Shown piece after piece: positions 52,601-64,000 of a stretch of DNA of 64,000 nucleotides. The DNA is taken from assembly GCF_964355755.1 (NCBI RefSeq), contig NC_092670.1:28074388-28138387 (forward strand). Direction: 5' to 3'. Origin of the DNA: Antedon mediterranea. Its lineage: Eukaryota > Animalia > Echinodermata. The first letter of the stretch is position 1; every line of letters starts with the position of its first letter. The notes below the pieces were generated by a model. It was not told where the DNA came from and searched no databases. It worked only from the letters and a program-made list of their open reading frames with translations. Position numbers and translations under genes: made by a program.

Positions 52601-55600
52601 AAAACGTCTCCAAATGCGATTTGAAGCTATTCTGTACACTTTGCTGTTTTGTGTGAATAATTTTTGTTGAAATGCTCAAAATGGTCAAAAACGTTTTTAA
52701 ATACTATATTAAGCTATTTTGTGTTCTTTGATGTTTTTGTGTGAAAAGTTTTATCGAAATGCTCAAAATGGTCTAAAACAGTTTCTAATGTGATTTTAAG
52801 CACTTTGATGTTTTTATGTTAACAACTTTTTTAGAAAATCACAAAATGGTCTAAAACGTCTCCAAATGCGATTTGAAGCAATTCTAAGCACTTTGGTGCT
52901 TTTATGTTAACAAGTTTTTTCGAAAATCACAAAATGGTATAAAACGTCTCCAAATGCGATTTGAAGCAATTCTAAGCACTTTGGTGTTTTTATGTTAACA
53001 AGTTTTTTCGAAAATCACAAAATGGTATAAAACGTCTCCAAATGCGATTTTAAGGTATTCTAAGCACTTTGGTGTTTTTATGTTAACAAGTTTTTTCGAA
53101 AATCACAAAATGGTCTAAAACGTCTCCAAATGCGATTTGAAGCTATTCTGTACACTTTGCTGTTTTGTGTGAATAATTTTTGTCGAAATGCTCAAAATGG
53201 TCAAAAACGTTTTTAAATACGATATTAAGCTATTTTGTGCTCTTTGATGTTTTTGTGTGAAAAGTTTTATCGAAATGCTCAAAATGGTCTAAAACGGTTT
53301 CTAATGTGATTTTAAGCACTTTGATGTTTTTATGTTAACAACTTTTTTAGAAAATCACAAAATGGTCTAAAACGTCTCCAAATGCGATTTGAAGCAATTC
53401 TAAGCACTTTGGTGTTTTTATGGTAACGAGTTTTTTTGAATATCACAAAATGGTCTAAAACGTCTCCAAATGCGATTTGAAGCTATTCTAAGCACTTTGG
53501 TGTTTTTATGTTAACAAGTTTTTTCGAAAATCACAAAATGGTGTAAAACGTCTCCAAATGCGATTTGAAGCTATTCTAAGCACTTTGGTGTTATTATGTT
53601 AACAAGTTTTTTCGAAAATCACAAATTGGTCTAAAACGTCTCCAAATGCGATTTGAAGCTATTTTAAGCACTTTGGTGTTTTTGTGTAACCAAGTTTTTT
53701 CGAAAATCACAAAAGGGTCTAAAATGTCTCAAAATGCGATTTGAAGCTATTCTGTACACTTTGATGTTTTTTTGTTAACATGTCTCAAAATGCGATTTGA
53801 AGCTATTCTGTACACTTTGATGTTTTTTTGTTAACAAGTTTTTTCGAAAGTCACAAAATGGTCTAAAACGTCTCCAAATGCGATTTGAAGCTATTCTAAG
53901 CACTTTGGTGTTTTTATGTTAACAAGTTTTTTCGAAAATCACAAAATGGTGTAAAACGTCTCCAAATGCGATTTGAAGCTATTCTAAGCACTTTGGTGTT
54001 TTTATGTTAACAAGTTTTTTCGAAAATCACAAAATGGTGTAAAACTTCTCCAAATACGATTTTAAGCTATTCTAAGCAATTTGGTGTTTTTATGTTAACA
54101 AGTTTTTTCGAAAATCACAAAATGGTCTAAAACGTCTCCAAATGCGATTTGAAGCTATTCTGTACACTTTGCTGTTTTGTGTGAATAATTTTTGTTGAAA
54201 TGCTCAAAATGGTCAAAAACGTTTTTAAATACTATATTAAGCTATTTTGTGTTCTTTGATGTTTTTGTGTGAAAAGTTTTATCGAAATGCTCAAAATGGT
54301 CTAAAACAGTTTCTAATGTGATTTTAAGCACTTTGATGTTTTTATGTTAACAACTTTTTTAGAAAATCACAAAATGGTCTAAAACGTCTCCAAATGCGAT
54401 TTGAAGCAATTCTAAGCACTTTGGTGCTTTTATGTTAACAAGTTTTTTCGAAAATCACAAAATGGTATAAAACGTCTCCAAATGCGATTTGAAGCAATTC
54501 TAAGCACTTTGGTGTTTTTATGTTAACAAGTTTTTTCGAAAATCACAAAATGGTATAAAACGTCTCCAAATGCGATTTTAAGGTATTCTAAGCACTTTGG
54601 TGTTTTTATGTTAACAAGTTTTTTCGAAAATCACAAAATGGTCTAAAACGTCTCCAAATGCGATTTGAAGCTATTCTGTACACTTTGCTGTTTTGTGTGA
54701 ATAATTTTTGTCGAAATGCTCAAAATGGTCAAAAACGTTTTTAAATACGATATTAAGCTATTTTGTGCTCTTTGATGTTTTTGTGTGAAAAGTTTTATCG
54801 AAATGCTCAAAATGGTCTAAAACGGTTTCTAATGTGATTTTAAGCACTTTGATGTTTTTATGTTAACAACTTTTTTAGAAAATCACAAAATGGTCTAAAA
54901 CGTCTCCAAATGCGATTTGAAGCAATTCTAAGCACTTTGGTGTTTTTATGGTAACGAGTTTTTTTGAATATCACAAAATGGTCTAAAACGTCTCCAAATG
55001 CGATTTGAAGCTATTCTAAGCACTTTGGTGTTTTTATGTTAACAAGTTTTTTCGAAAATCACAAAATGGTGTAAAACGTCTCCAAATGCGATTTGAAGCT
55101 ATTCTAAGCACTTTGGTGTTATTATGTTAACAAGTTTTTTCGAAAATCACAAATTGGTCTAAAACGTCTCCAAATGCGATTTGAAGCTATTTTAAGCACT
55201 TTGGTGTTTTTGTGTAACCAAGTTTTTTCGAAAATCACAAAAGGGTCTAAAATGTCTCAAAATGCGATTTGAAGCTATTCTGTACACTTTGATGTTTTTT
55301 TGTTAACATGTCTCAAAATGCGATTTGAAGCTATTCTGTACACTTTGATGTTTTTTTGTTAACAAGTTTTTTCGAAAGTCACAAAATGGTCTAAAACGTC
55401 TCCAAATGCGATTTGAAGCTATTCTAAGCACTTTGGTGTTTTTATGTTAACAAGTTTTTTCGAAAATCACAAAATGGTGTAAAACGTCTCCAAATGCGAT
55501 TTGAAGCTATTCTAAGCACTTTGGTGTTTTTATGTTAACAAGTTTTTTCGAAAATCACAAAATGGTGTAAAACTTCTCCAAATACGATTTTAAGCTATTC

Positions 55601-58600
55601 TAAGCAATTTGGTGTTTTTATGTTAACAAGTTTTTTCGAAAATCACAAAATGGTCTAAAACGTCTCCAAATGCGATTTGAAGCTATTCTGTACACTTTGC
55701 TGTTTTGTGTGAATAATTTTTGTCAAAATGCTCAAAATGGTCAAAAACGTTTTTAAATACTATATTAAGCTATTTTGTGTTCTTTGATGTTTTTGTGTGA
55801 AAAGTTTTATCGAAATGCTCAAAATGGTCTAAAACGGTTTCTAATGAAATGATTTTAAGAACTTTGATGTTTTTATGTTAACAACTTTTTTAGAAAATCA
55901 CAAAATGGTCTAAAACGTCTCCAAATGCGATTTGAAGCAATTCTAAGCACTTTGGTGTTTTTATGTTAACAAGTTTTTTCGAAAATCACAAAATGGTATA
56001 AAACGTCTCCAAATGCGATTTTAAGGTATTCTAAGCACTTTGGTGTTTTTATGTTAACAAGTTTTTTCGAAAATCACAAAATGGTCTAAAACGTCTACAA
56101 ATGCGATTTGAAGCTATTGTAAGCACTTTGGTGTTTTTATGTTAACAAGTTTTTTCGAAAATCACAAAATGGTCTAAAACGTCTCCAAATGCGATTTGAA
56201 GCTATTCTGTACACTTTGCTGTTTTGTGTGAATAATTTTTGTCGAAATGCTCAAAGTGGTCAAAAACGTTTTTAAATACGATATTAAGCTATTTTGTGCT
56301 CTTTGATGTTTTTGTGTGAAAAGTTTTATCGAAATGCTCAAAATGGTCTAAAACGGTTTCTAATGTGATTTTAAGCACTTTGATGTTTTTATGTTAACAA
56401 CTTTTTTAGAAAATCACAAAATGGTCTAAAACGTCTCCAAATGCGATTTGAAGTAATTCTAAGCACTTTGGTGTTTTTATGGTAACGAGTTTTTTTGAAT
56501 ATCACAAAATGGTCTAAAATTTCTCCAAATGCGATTTGAAGCTTTTCTAAGCACTTTAGTGTTTTTATGGTAACGAGTTATTTCGAAAATCACAAAATGG
56601 TCTAAAACGTCTCCAAATGCGATTTGAAGCTATTCTGTACACTTTGCTGTTTTGTGTGAATATTTTTTGTCAAAATGCTCAAAATGGTCAAAAACGTTTT
56701 TTAATACTATATTAAGCTATTTTGTGCTCTTTGATGTTTTTGTGTGAAAAGTTTTATCGAAATGCTCAAAATGGTCTAAAACGGTTTCTAATGTGATTTT
56801 AAGCACTTTGATGTTTTTATGTTAACAACTTTTTTAGAAAATTACAAAATGGTGTAAAACGTCTCCAAATGCGATTTGAAGCTATTCTAAGCACTTTGGT
56901 GTTTTTATGGTAACGAGTTTTTTTGAATATCACAAAATGGTCTAAAATGTCTCCAAATGCGATTTGAAGCTTTTCTAAGCACTTTGGTGTTTTTATGTTA
57001 ACAAGTTTTTTCGAAAATCACAAAATGGTCTAAAACGTCTCCAAATGTGATTTGAAGCTATTCTAAACACTTTGGTGTTTTTATGTTAACAAGTTTTTTC
57101 GAAAATCACAAATTGGTCTAAAACGTCTCCAAATGCGATTTGAAGCTAGTTTAAGCACTTTGGTGTTTTTGTGTAACCAAGTTTTTTCGAAAATCACAAA
57201 AGGGTCTAAAATGTCTCAAAATGCGATTTGAAGCTATTCTGTACACTTTGATGTTTTTTTTGTTAACAAGTTTTTTCGAAAGTCACAAAATGGTCTAAAA
57301 CGTCTCCAAATGCGATTTGAAGCTATTCTAAGCACTTTGGTGTTTTTATGTTAACAAGTTTTTTCGAAAATCACAAAATGGTGTAAAACGTCTCCAAATG
57401 CGATTTGAAGCTATTCTAAGCAATTTGGTGTTTTTATGTTAACAAGTTTTTTCGAAAATCACAAAATGGTGTAAAACGTCTCCAAATGCGATTTTAAGCT
57501 ATTCTAAGCAATTTGGTGTTCTTTTATGTTAACAAGTTTTTTCGAAAATCACAAAATGGTCTAAAACGTCTCCAAATGCGATTTGAAGCTATTCTGTACA
57601 CTTTGCTGTTTTGTGAGAATAATTTTTGTCGAAATGCTCAAAATGGTCAAAAACGTTTTTAAATACGATATTAAGCTATTTTGTGCTCTTTGATGTTTTT
57701 GTGTGAAAAGTTTTATCGAAATGCTCAAAATGGTCTAAAACGGTTTCTAATGTGATTTTAAGCACTTTGGTGTTTTTATGTTAACAAGTTTTTTCGAAAA
57801 TCACAAAATGGTCTAAAACGTCTCCAAATGTGATTTGAAGCTATTCTAAACACTTTGGTGTTTTTATGTTAACAAGTTTTTTCGAAAATCACAAATTGGT
57901 CTAAAACGTCTCCAAATGCGATTTGAAGCTATTTTAAGCACTTTGGTGTTTTTGTGTAACCAAGTTTTTTCGAAAATCACAAAAGGGTCTAAAATGTCTC
58001 AAAATGCGATTTGAAGCTATTCTGTACACTTTGATGTTTTTTTGTTAACAAGTTTTTTCGAAAGTCACAAAATGGTCTAAAACGTCTCCAAATGCGATTT
58101 GAAGCTATTCTAAGCACTTTGCTGTTTTGTGTGAATAATTTTTGTCGAAATGCTCAAAATGGTCAAAAACGTTTTTAAATACGATATTAAGCTATTTTGT
58201 GCTCTTTGATGTTTTTGTGTGAAAAGTTTTATCGAAATGCTAAAAATGGTCTAAAACGGTTTCTAATGTGATTTTAAGCACTTTGATGTTTTTATGTTAA
58301 CAACTTTTTTAGAAAATCACAAAATGGTCTAAAACGTCTCCAAATGCGATTTGAAGCAATTCTAAGCACTTTGGTGTTTTTATGGTAACGAGTTTTTTTG
58401 AATATCACAAAATGGTCTAAAATGTCTCCAAATGCGATTTGAAGCTTTTCTAAGCACATTGGTGTTTTTATGTTAACAAGTTTTTTCGAAAATCACAAAA
58501 TGGTCTAAAACGTCTCCAAATGCGATTTGAAGCTATTCTGTACACTTTGCTGTTTTGTGTGAATAATTTTTGTCGAAATGCTCAAAATGGTCAAAAACGT

Positions 58601-58967
58601 TTTTAAATACGATATTAAGCTATTTTGTGCTCTTTTATGTTTTTGTGTGAAAAGTTTTATCGAAATGCTCAAAATGGTCTAAAACGGTTTCTAATGTGAT
58701 TTTAAGCACTTTGATGTTTTTATGTTAACAACTTTTTTAGAAAATCACAAAATGGTCTAAAACGTCTCCAAATGCGATTTGAAGCAATTCTAAGCACTTT
58801 GGTGTTTTTATGGTAACGAGTTTTTTTGAATATCACAAAATGGTCTAAAATGTCTCCAAATGCGATTTGAAGCTTTTCTAAGCACTTTGGTGTTTTTATG
58901 GTAACGAGTTATTTCGAAAATCACAAAATGGTCTAAAACGTCTCCAAATGCGATTTGAAGCTATTCT
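49601..58967 (+). repeat. Segmental copy of about 26083-33920, containing an extra 1528-bp unit
   Basis: Offset 23518/23519: gaagctcttc 27795/51313 and 56-bp junction 30261/53780. Offset 25047 afterwards: junction 30261/55308 and ggtgttctttt near 32470/57517. Confidence 0.87.
52252..55723 (+). repeat. 1528-bp tandem duplication
   Basis: Offset 1528: aaaacagtttc 52775/54303, ggtgctttt near 52895/54423, 56-bp junction 53780/55308. Confidence 0.88.
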
Positions 58968-60629
58968 GTACACTTTGCTGTTTTGTGTGAATAATTTTTG
59001 TCAAAATGCTCAAAATGGTCAAAAACGTTTTTAAATACTATATTAAGCTATTTTGTGCTCTTTGATGTTTTTGTGTGAAAAGTTTTATCGAAATGCTCAA
59101 AATGGTCTAAAACGGTTTCTAATGTGATTTTAAGCACTTTGATGTTTTTATGTTAACAACTTTTTTAGAAAATTACAAATTGGTGTAAAACGTCTCCAAA
59201 TGCGATTTGAAGCTATTCTAAGCAATTTGGTGTTTTTATGTTAACAAGTTTTTTCGAAAATCACAAAATGGTCTAAAACGTCTCCAAATGCGATTTGAAG
59301 CTATTCTAAGCACTTTTGTGTTTTTATGTTAACAAGTTTTTTCGAAAATCACAAAATGGTCTAAAATGTCTCCAAATGCGATTTGAAGCTTTTCTAAGCA
59401 CTTTTGTGTTTTTATGTTTACAAGTTTTTTCGAAAATCACAAAATGGTCTAAAACGTCTCCAAATGCGATTTGAAGCTATTCTGTACACTTTGCTGTTTT
59501 GTGTGAATAATTTTTGTCAAAATGCTCAAAATGGTCAAAAACGTTTTTAAATACTATATTAAGCTATTTTGTGTTCTTTGATGTTTTTATGTGAAAAGTT
59601 TTATCGAAATGCTCAAAATGGTCTAAAACGGTTTCTAATGTGATTTTAAGAACTTTGATGTTTTTATGTTAAAAACTTTTTTAGAAAATCACAAAATGGT
59701 CTAAAACGTCTCCAAATGCGATTTGAAGCAATTCTAAGCACTTTGGTGTTTTTATGTTAACACGTTTTTTCGAAAATCACAAAATGGTCTACAACGTCTC
59801 CAAATGCGATTTGAAGCTATTCTAAGCACTTTGGTGTTTTTATGTTAACAAGTTTTTTCGAAAATCACAAAGTGGTATAAAACGTCTCCAAATGCGATTT
59901 TAATGTATTCTAAGCACTTTGGTGTTTTTATGTTAACAAGTTTTTTCGAAAATCACAAAATGGTCTAAAACGTCTCCAAATGTGATTTGAAGCTATTCTA
60001 AACACTTTGGTGTTTTTATGTTAACAAGTTTTTTCGAAAATCACAAATTGGTCTAAAACGTCTCCAAATGCGATTTGAAGCTATTTTAAGCACTTTGGTG
60101 TTTTTGTGTAACCAAGTTTTTTCGAAAATCACAAAAGGGTCTAAAATGTCTCAAAATGCGATTTGAAGCTATTCTGTACACTTTGATGTTTTTATGTTAA
60201 CAACTTTTTTAGAAAATCACAAAATGGTCTAAAACGTCTCCAAATGCGATTTGAAGCAATTCTAAGCACTTTGGTGTTTTTATGGTAACGAGTTTTTTTG
60301 AATATCACAAAATGGTCTAAAATGTCTCCAAATGCGATTTGAAGCTTTTCTAAGCACGTTGGTGTTTTTATGTTTACAAGTTTTTTCGAAAATCACAAAA
60401 TGGTCTAAAACGGCTCCAAATACGATTTGAAGCTATTCTAAGCACTTTGGTGTTTTTATGTTAACAAGTTTTTTCGAAAATCACAAAATGGTCTAAAACG
60501 TCTCCAAATGCGATTTGAAGCTATTCTAAGCACTTTGGTGTTTTTATGTTAACAAGTTTTTTCGAAAATCACAAAATGGTGTAAAACGTCTCCAAATGCG
60601 ATTTGAAGCTATTCTAAGCAATTTTGTGT

Positions 60630-63600
60630 TTTTATGTTAACAAGTTTTTTCGAAAATCACAAAATGGTCTAAAACGTCTCCAAATGCGATTTGAAGCTAT
60701 TCTAAGCACTTTTGTGTTTTTATGTTAACAAGTTTTTTCGAAAATCACAAAATGGTCTAAAATGTCTCAAAATGCGATTTGAAGCTATTCTGTACACTTT
60801 GCTGTTTTGTGTGAATAATTTTTGTCAAAATGCTCAAAATGGTCAAAAACGTTTTTAAATACTATATTAAGCTATTTTGTGTTCTTTGATGTTTTTGTGT
60901 GAAAAGTTTTTTCGAAATGCTCAAAATGGTCTAAAACGGTTTCTAATGTGATTTTAAGCACTTTGATGTTTTTATGTTAACAACTTTTTTAGAAAATTAC
61001 AAAATGGTCTAAAACGTCTCCAAATGCAATTTGAAGCAATTCTAAGCACTTTGGTGTTTTTATGTTAACAAGTTTTTTCGAAAATCACAAAATGGTCTAA
61101 AACGTCTCCAAATGCTATTTGAAGCTATTCTGTACACTTTGCTGTTTTGTGTGAATAATTTTTGTTGAAATGCTCAAAATGGTCAAAAACGTTTTTAAAT
61201 ACGATATTAAGCTATTTTGTGCTCTTTGATGTTTTTGTGTGAAAAGTTTTATCGAAATGCTCAAAATGGTCTAAAACGGTTTCTAATGTGATTTTAAGCA
61301 CTTTGGTGTTTTTATGTTAACAAGTTTTTTCGAAAATCACAAAATGGTCTAAAATATCTCCAAATGCGATTTGAAGCTTTTCTAAGCACTTTGGTGTTTT
61401 TATGTTAACAAGTTTTTTCGAAAATCACAAAATGGTCTAAAACGTCTCCAAATGTGATTTGAAGCTATTCTAAACACTTTGGTGTTTTTATGTTAACAAG
61501 TTTTTTCGAAAATCACAAATTGGTCTAAAACGTCTCCAAATGCGATTTTAAGCAATTCTAAGCACTTTGGTGTTTTTATGTTAAAAAGTTTTTTTCGAAA
61601 ATCACAAAATGGTCTAAAACCTCTCCAAATGCGATTTGAAGCTATTCTGTACACTTTGCTGTTTTGTGTGAATAATTTTTGTCGAAATGCTCAAAATGGT
61701 CAAAAACGTTTTTAAATACGATATTAAGCTATTTTGTGCTCTTTGATGTTTTTGTGTGAAAAGTTTTATCGAAATGCTCAAAATGGTCTAAAACGGTTTC
61801 TAATGTGATTTTAAGCACTTTGGTGTTTTTATGTTAACAAGTTTTTTCGAAAATCACAAAATGGTCTAAAACGTCTCCAAATGTGATTTGAAGCTATTTT
61901 AAACACTTTGGTGTTTTTATGTTAATAAGTTTTTTCGAAAATCACAAATTGGTCTAAAACGTCTCCAAATGCGATTTGAAGCTTTTCTAAGCACTTTGGT
62001 GTTTTTATGGTAACGAGTTATTTCGAAAATCACAAAATGGTCTAAAACGTCTCCAAATGCGATTTGAAGCTATTCTGTACACTTTGCTGTTTTGTGTGAA
62101 TAATTTTTGTCAAAATGCTCAAAATGGTCAAAAACGTTTTTAAATACTATATTAAGCTATTTTGTGTTCTTTGATGTTTTTATGTGAAAAGTTTTATCGA
62201 AATGCTCAAAATGGTCTAAAACGGTTTCTAATGTGATTTTAAGAACTTTGATGTTTTTATGTTAAAAACTTTTTTAGAAAATCACAAAATGGTCTAAAAC
62301 GTCTCCAAATGCGATTTGAAGCAATTCTAAGCACTTTGGTGTTTTTATGTTAACACGTTTTTTCGAAAATCACAAAATGGTCTACAACGTCTCCAAATGC
62401 GATTTGAAGATATTCTAAGCACTTTGGTGTTTTTATGTTAACAAGTTTTTTCGAAAATCACAAAGTGGTATAAAACGTCTCCAAATGCGATTTTAAGGTA
62501 TTCTAAGCACTTTGGTGTTTTTATGTTAACAAGTTTTTTAGAAAATCACAAAATGGTCTAAAACGTCTCCAAATGCGATTTGAAGCAATTCTAAGCACTT
62601 TGGTGTTTTTATGGTAACGAGTTTTTTTGAATATCACAAAATGGTCTAAAATGTCTCCAAATGCGATTTGAAGCTTTTCTAAGCACTTTGGTGTTTTTAT
62701 GTTAACAAGTTTTTTCGAAAATCACAAAATGGTCTAAAACGTCTCCAAATGCGATTTGAAGCTATTCTGTACACTTTGCTGTTTTGTGTGAATAATTTTT
62801 GTCGAAATGCTCAAAATGGTCAAAAACGTTTTTAAATACGATATTAAGCTATTTTGTGCTCTTTGATGTTTTTGTGTGAAAAGTTTTATCGAAATGCTCA
62901 AAATGGTCTAAAACGGTTTCTAATGTGATTTTAAGCACTTTGATGTTTTTATGTTAACAACTTTTTTAGAAAATCACAAAATGGTCTAAAACGTCTCCAA
63001 ATGCGATTTGAAGCTTTTCTAAGCACTTTTGTGTTTTTATGTTTACAAGTTTTTTCGAAAATCACAAAATGGTCTAAAACGGCTCCAAATACGATTTGAA
63101 GCTATTCTAAGCACTTTGGTGTTTTTATGTTAACAAGTTTTTTCGAAAATCACAAAATGGTCTAAAACGTCTCCAAATGCGATTTGAAGCTATTCTAAGC
63201 ACTTTGGTGTTTTTATGTTAACAAGTTTTTTCGAAAATCACAAAATGGTGTAAAACGTCTCCAAATGCGATTTGAAGCTATTCTAAGCAATTTTGTGTTT
63301 TTATGTTAACAAGTTTTTTCGAAAATCACAAAATGGTCTAAAACGTCTCCAAATGCGATTTGAAGCTATTCTAAGCACTTTTGTGTTTTTATGTTAACAA
63401 GTTTTTTCGAAAATCACAAAATTGTCTAAAATGTCTCAAAATGCGATTTGAAGCTATTCTTTACACTTTGCTGTTTTGTGTGAATAATTTTTGTCAAAAT
63501 GCTCAAAATGGTCAAAAACGTTTTTAAATACTATATTAAGCTATTTTGTGTTCTTTGATGTTTTTGTGTGAAAAGTTTTTTCGAAATGCTCAAAATGGTC

Positions 63601-64000
63601 TAAAACGGTTTCTAATGTGATTTTAAGCACTTTGATGTTTTTATGTTAACAACTTTTTTAGAAAATTACAAAATGGTCTAAAACGTCTCCAAATGCGATT
63701 TGAAGCAATTCTAAGCACTTTGGTGTTTTTATGTTAACAAGTTTTTTCGAAAATCACAAAATGGTCTAAAACGTCTCCAAATGCGATTTGAAGCTATTCT
63801 GTACACTTTGCTGTTTTGTGTGAATAATTTTTGTTGAAATGCTCAAAATGGTCAAAAACGTTTTTAAATACGATATTAAGCTATTTTGTGCTCTTTGATG
63901 TTTTTGTGTGAAAAGTTTTATCGAAATGCTCAAAATGGTCTAAAACGGTTTCTAATGTGATTTTAAGCACTTTGGTGTTTTTATGTTAACAAGTTTTTTC
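60630..64000 (+). repeat. Segmental copy of about 46769-50139 (offset 13861), running off the window end
   Basis: Offset 13861: aaatatctcc 47491/61352, ttaataag 48061/61922, ctacaacg 48521/62382, agctattctttacac 49591/63452. Confidence 0.9.

Larger units (their letters stand above)
1..64000 (+). repeat. Tandem satellite DNA array, 88-bp basic monomer, single orientation, extending past both window edges
   Basis: aacgtctccaaatgcg starts at 1, 89 and 177 (period 88). The same motifs (gaagctattc, gttaacaag, ttttcgaaaatcacaaaatgg) continue to position 64000 with no unrelated sequence. Stop codons occur in all six frames of the consensus. Confidence 0.99.

Noticed and set aside
1-64000. Protein-coding repeat ORF on either strand
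   Set aside because: The consensus monomer has stops in all three forward frames (tga 22, taa 33, taa 56) and all three reverse frames, and 88 is not a multiple of 3.
175-64000. CRISPR-like array (conserved repeat with palindrome plus variable spacers)
   Set aside because: The intervening sequences are copies of the same satellite, not unique spacers. Unit lengths do not fit CRISPR, and there are no cas genes or leader.
1-64000. Embedded transposon, inversion, telomeric repeat, rDNA or tRNA
   Set aside because: I saw no non-satellite sequence and no reverse-complement monomers (such as agaccattttgtgatt) while reading the window. A very short insert could have been missed by eye.

Overview
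The whole 64 kb window is one uninterrupted, head-to-tail, single-orientation AT-rich satellite DNA array (consensus about 32% GC). It holds roughly 740 monomers by hand estimate. The basic unit A is 88 bp: aaaacgtctccaaatgcgatttgaagctattctaagcactttggtgtttttatgttaacaagttttttcgaaaatcacaaaatggtct. I find no genes, RNA genes, transposons, inversions or unique sequence, and the consensus has stop codons in all six frames. The interest lies in the layered architecture. First, a fixed-order, diverged 252-bp trimer (B 87, C 87, D 78 bp) recurs about 90 times, separated by 1-19 A-type monomers. Second, ordered A-subtype series recur. Third, near-identical nested duplications, traceable through private variants, have offsets of 56, about 1032/1120, 1528, 3736, 6144, 13861, about 23.5/25.0 kb and about 25.7/29.4 kb. 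This looks like a eukaryotic (peri)centromeric or heterochromatic satellite with an irregular higher-order repeat that is actively turning over. I cannot identify the organism or a named satellite family from the sequence, and function is inference only. All coordinates and counts were read by eye.
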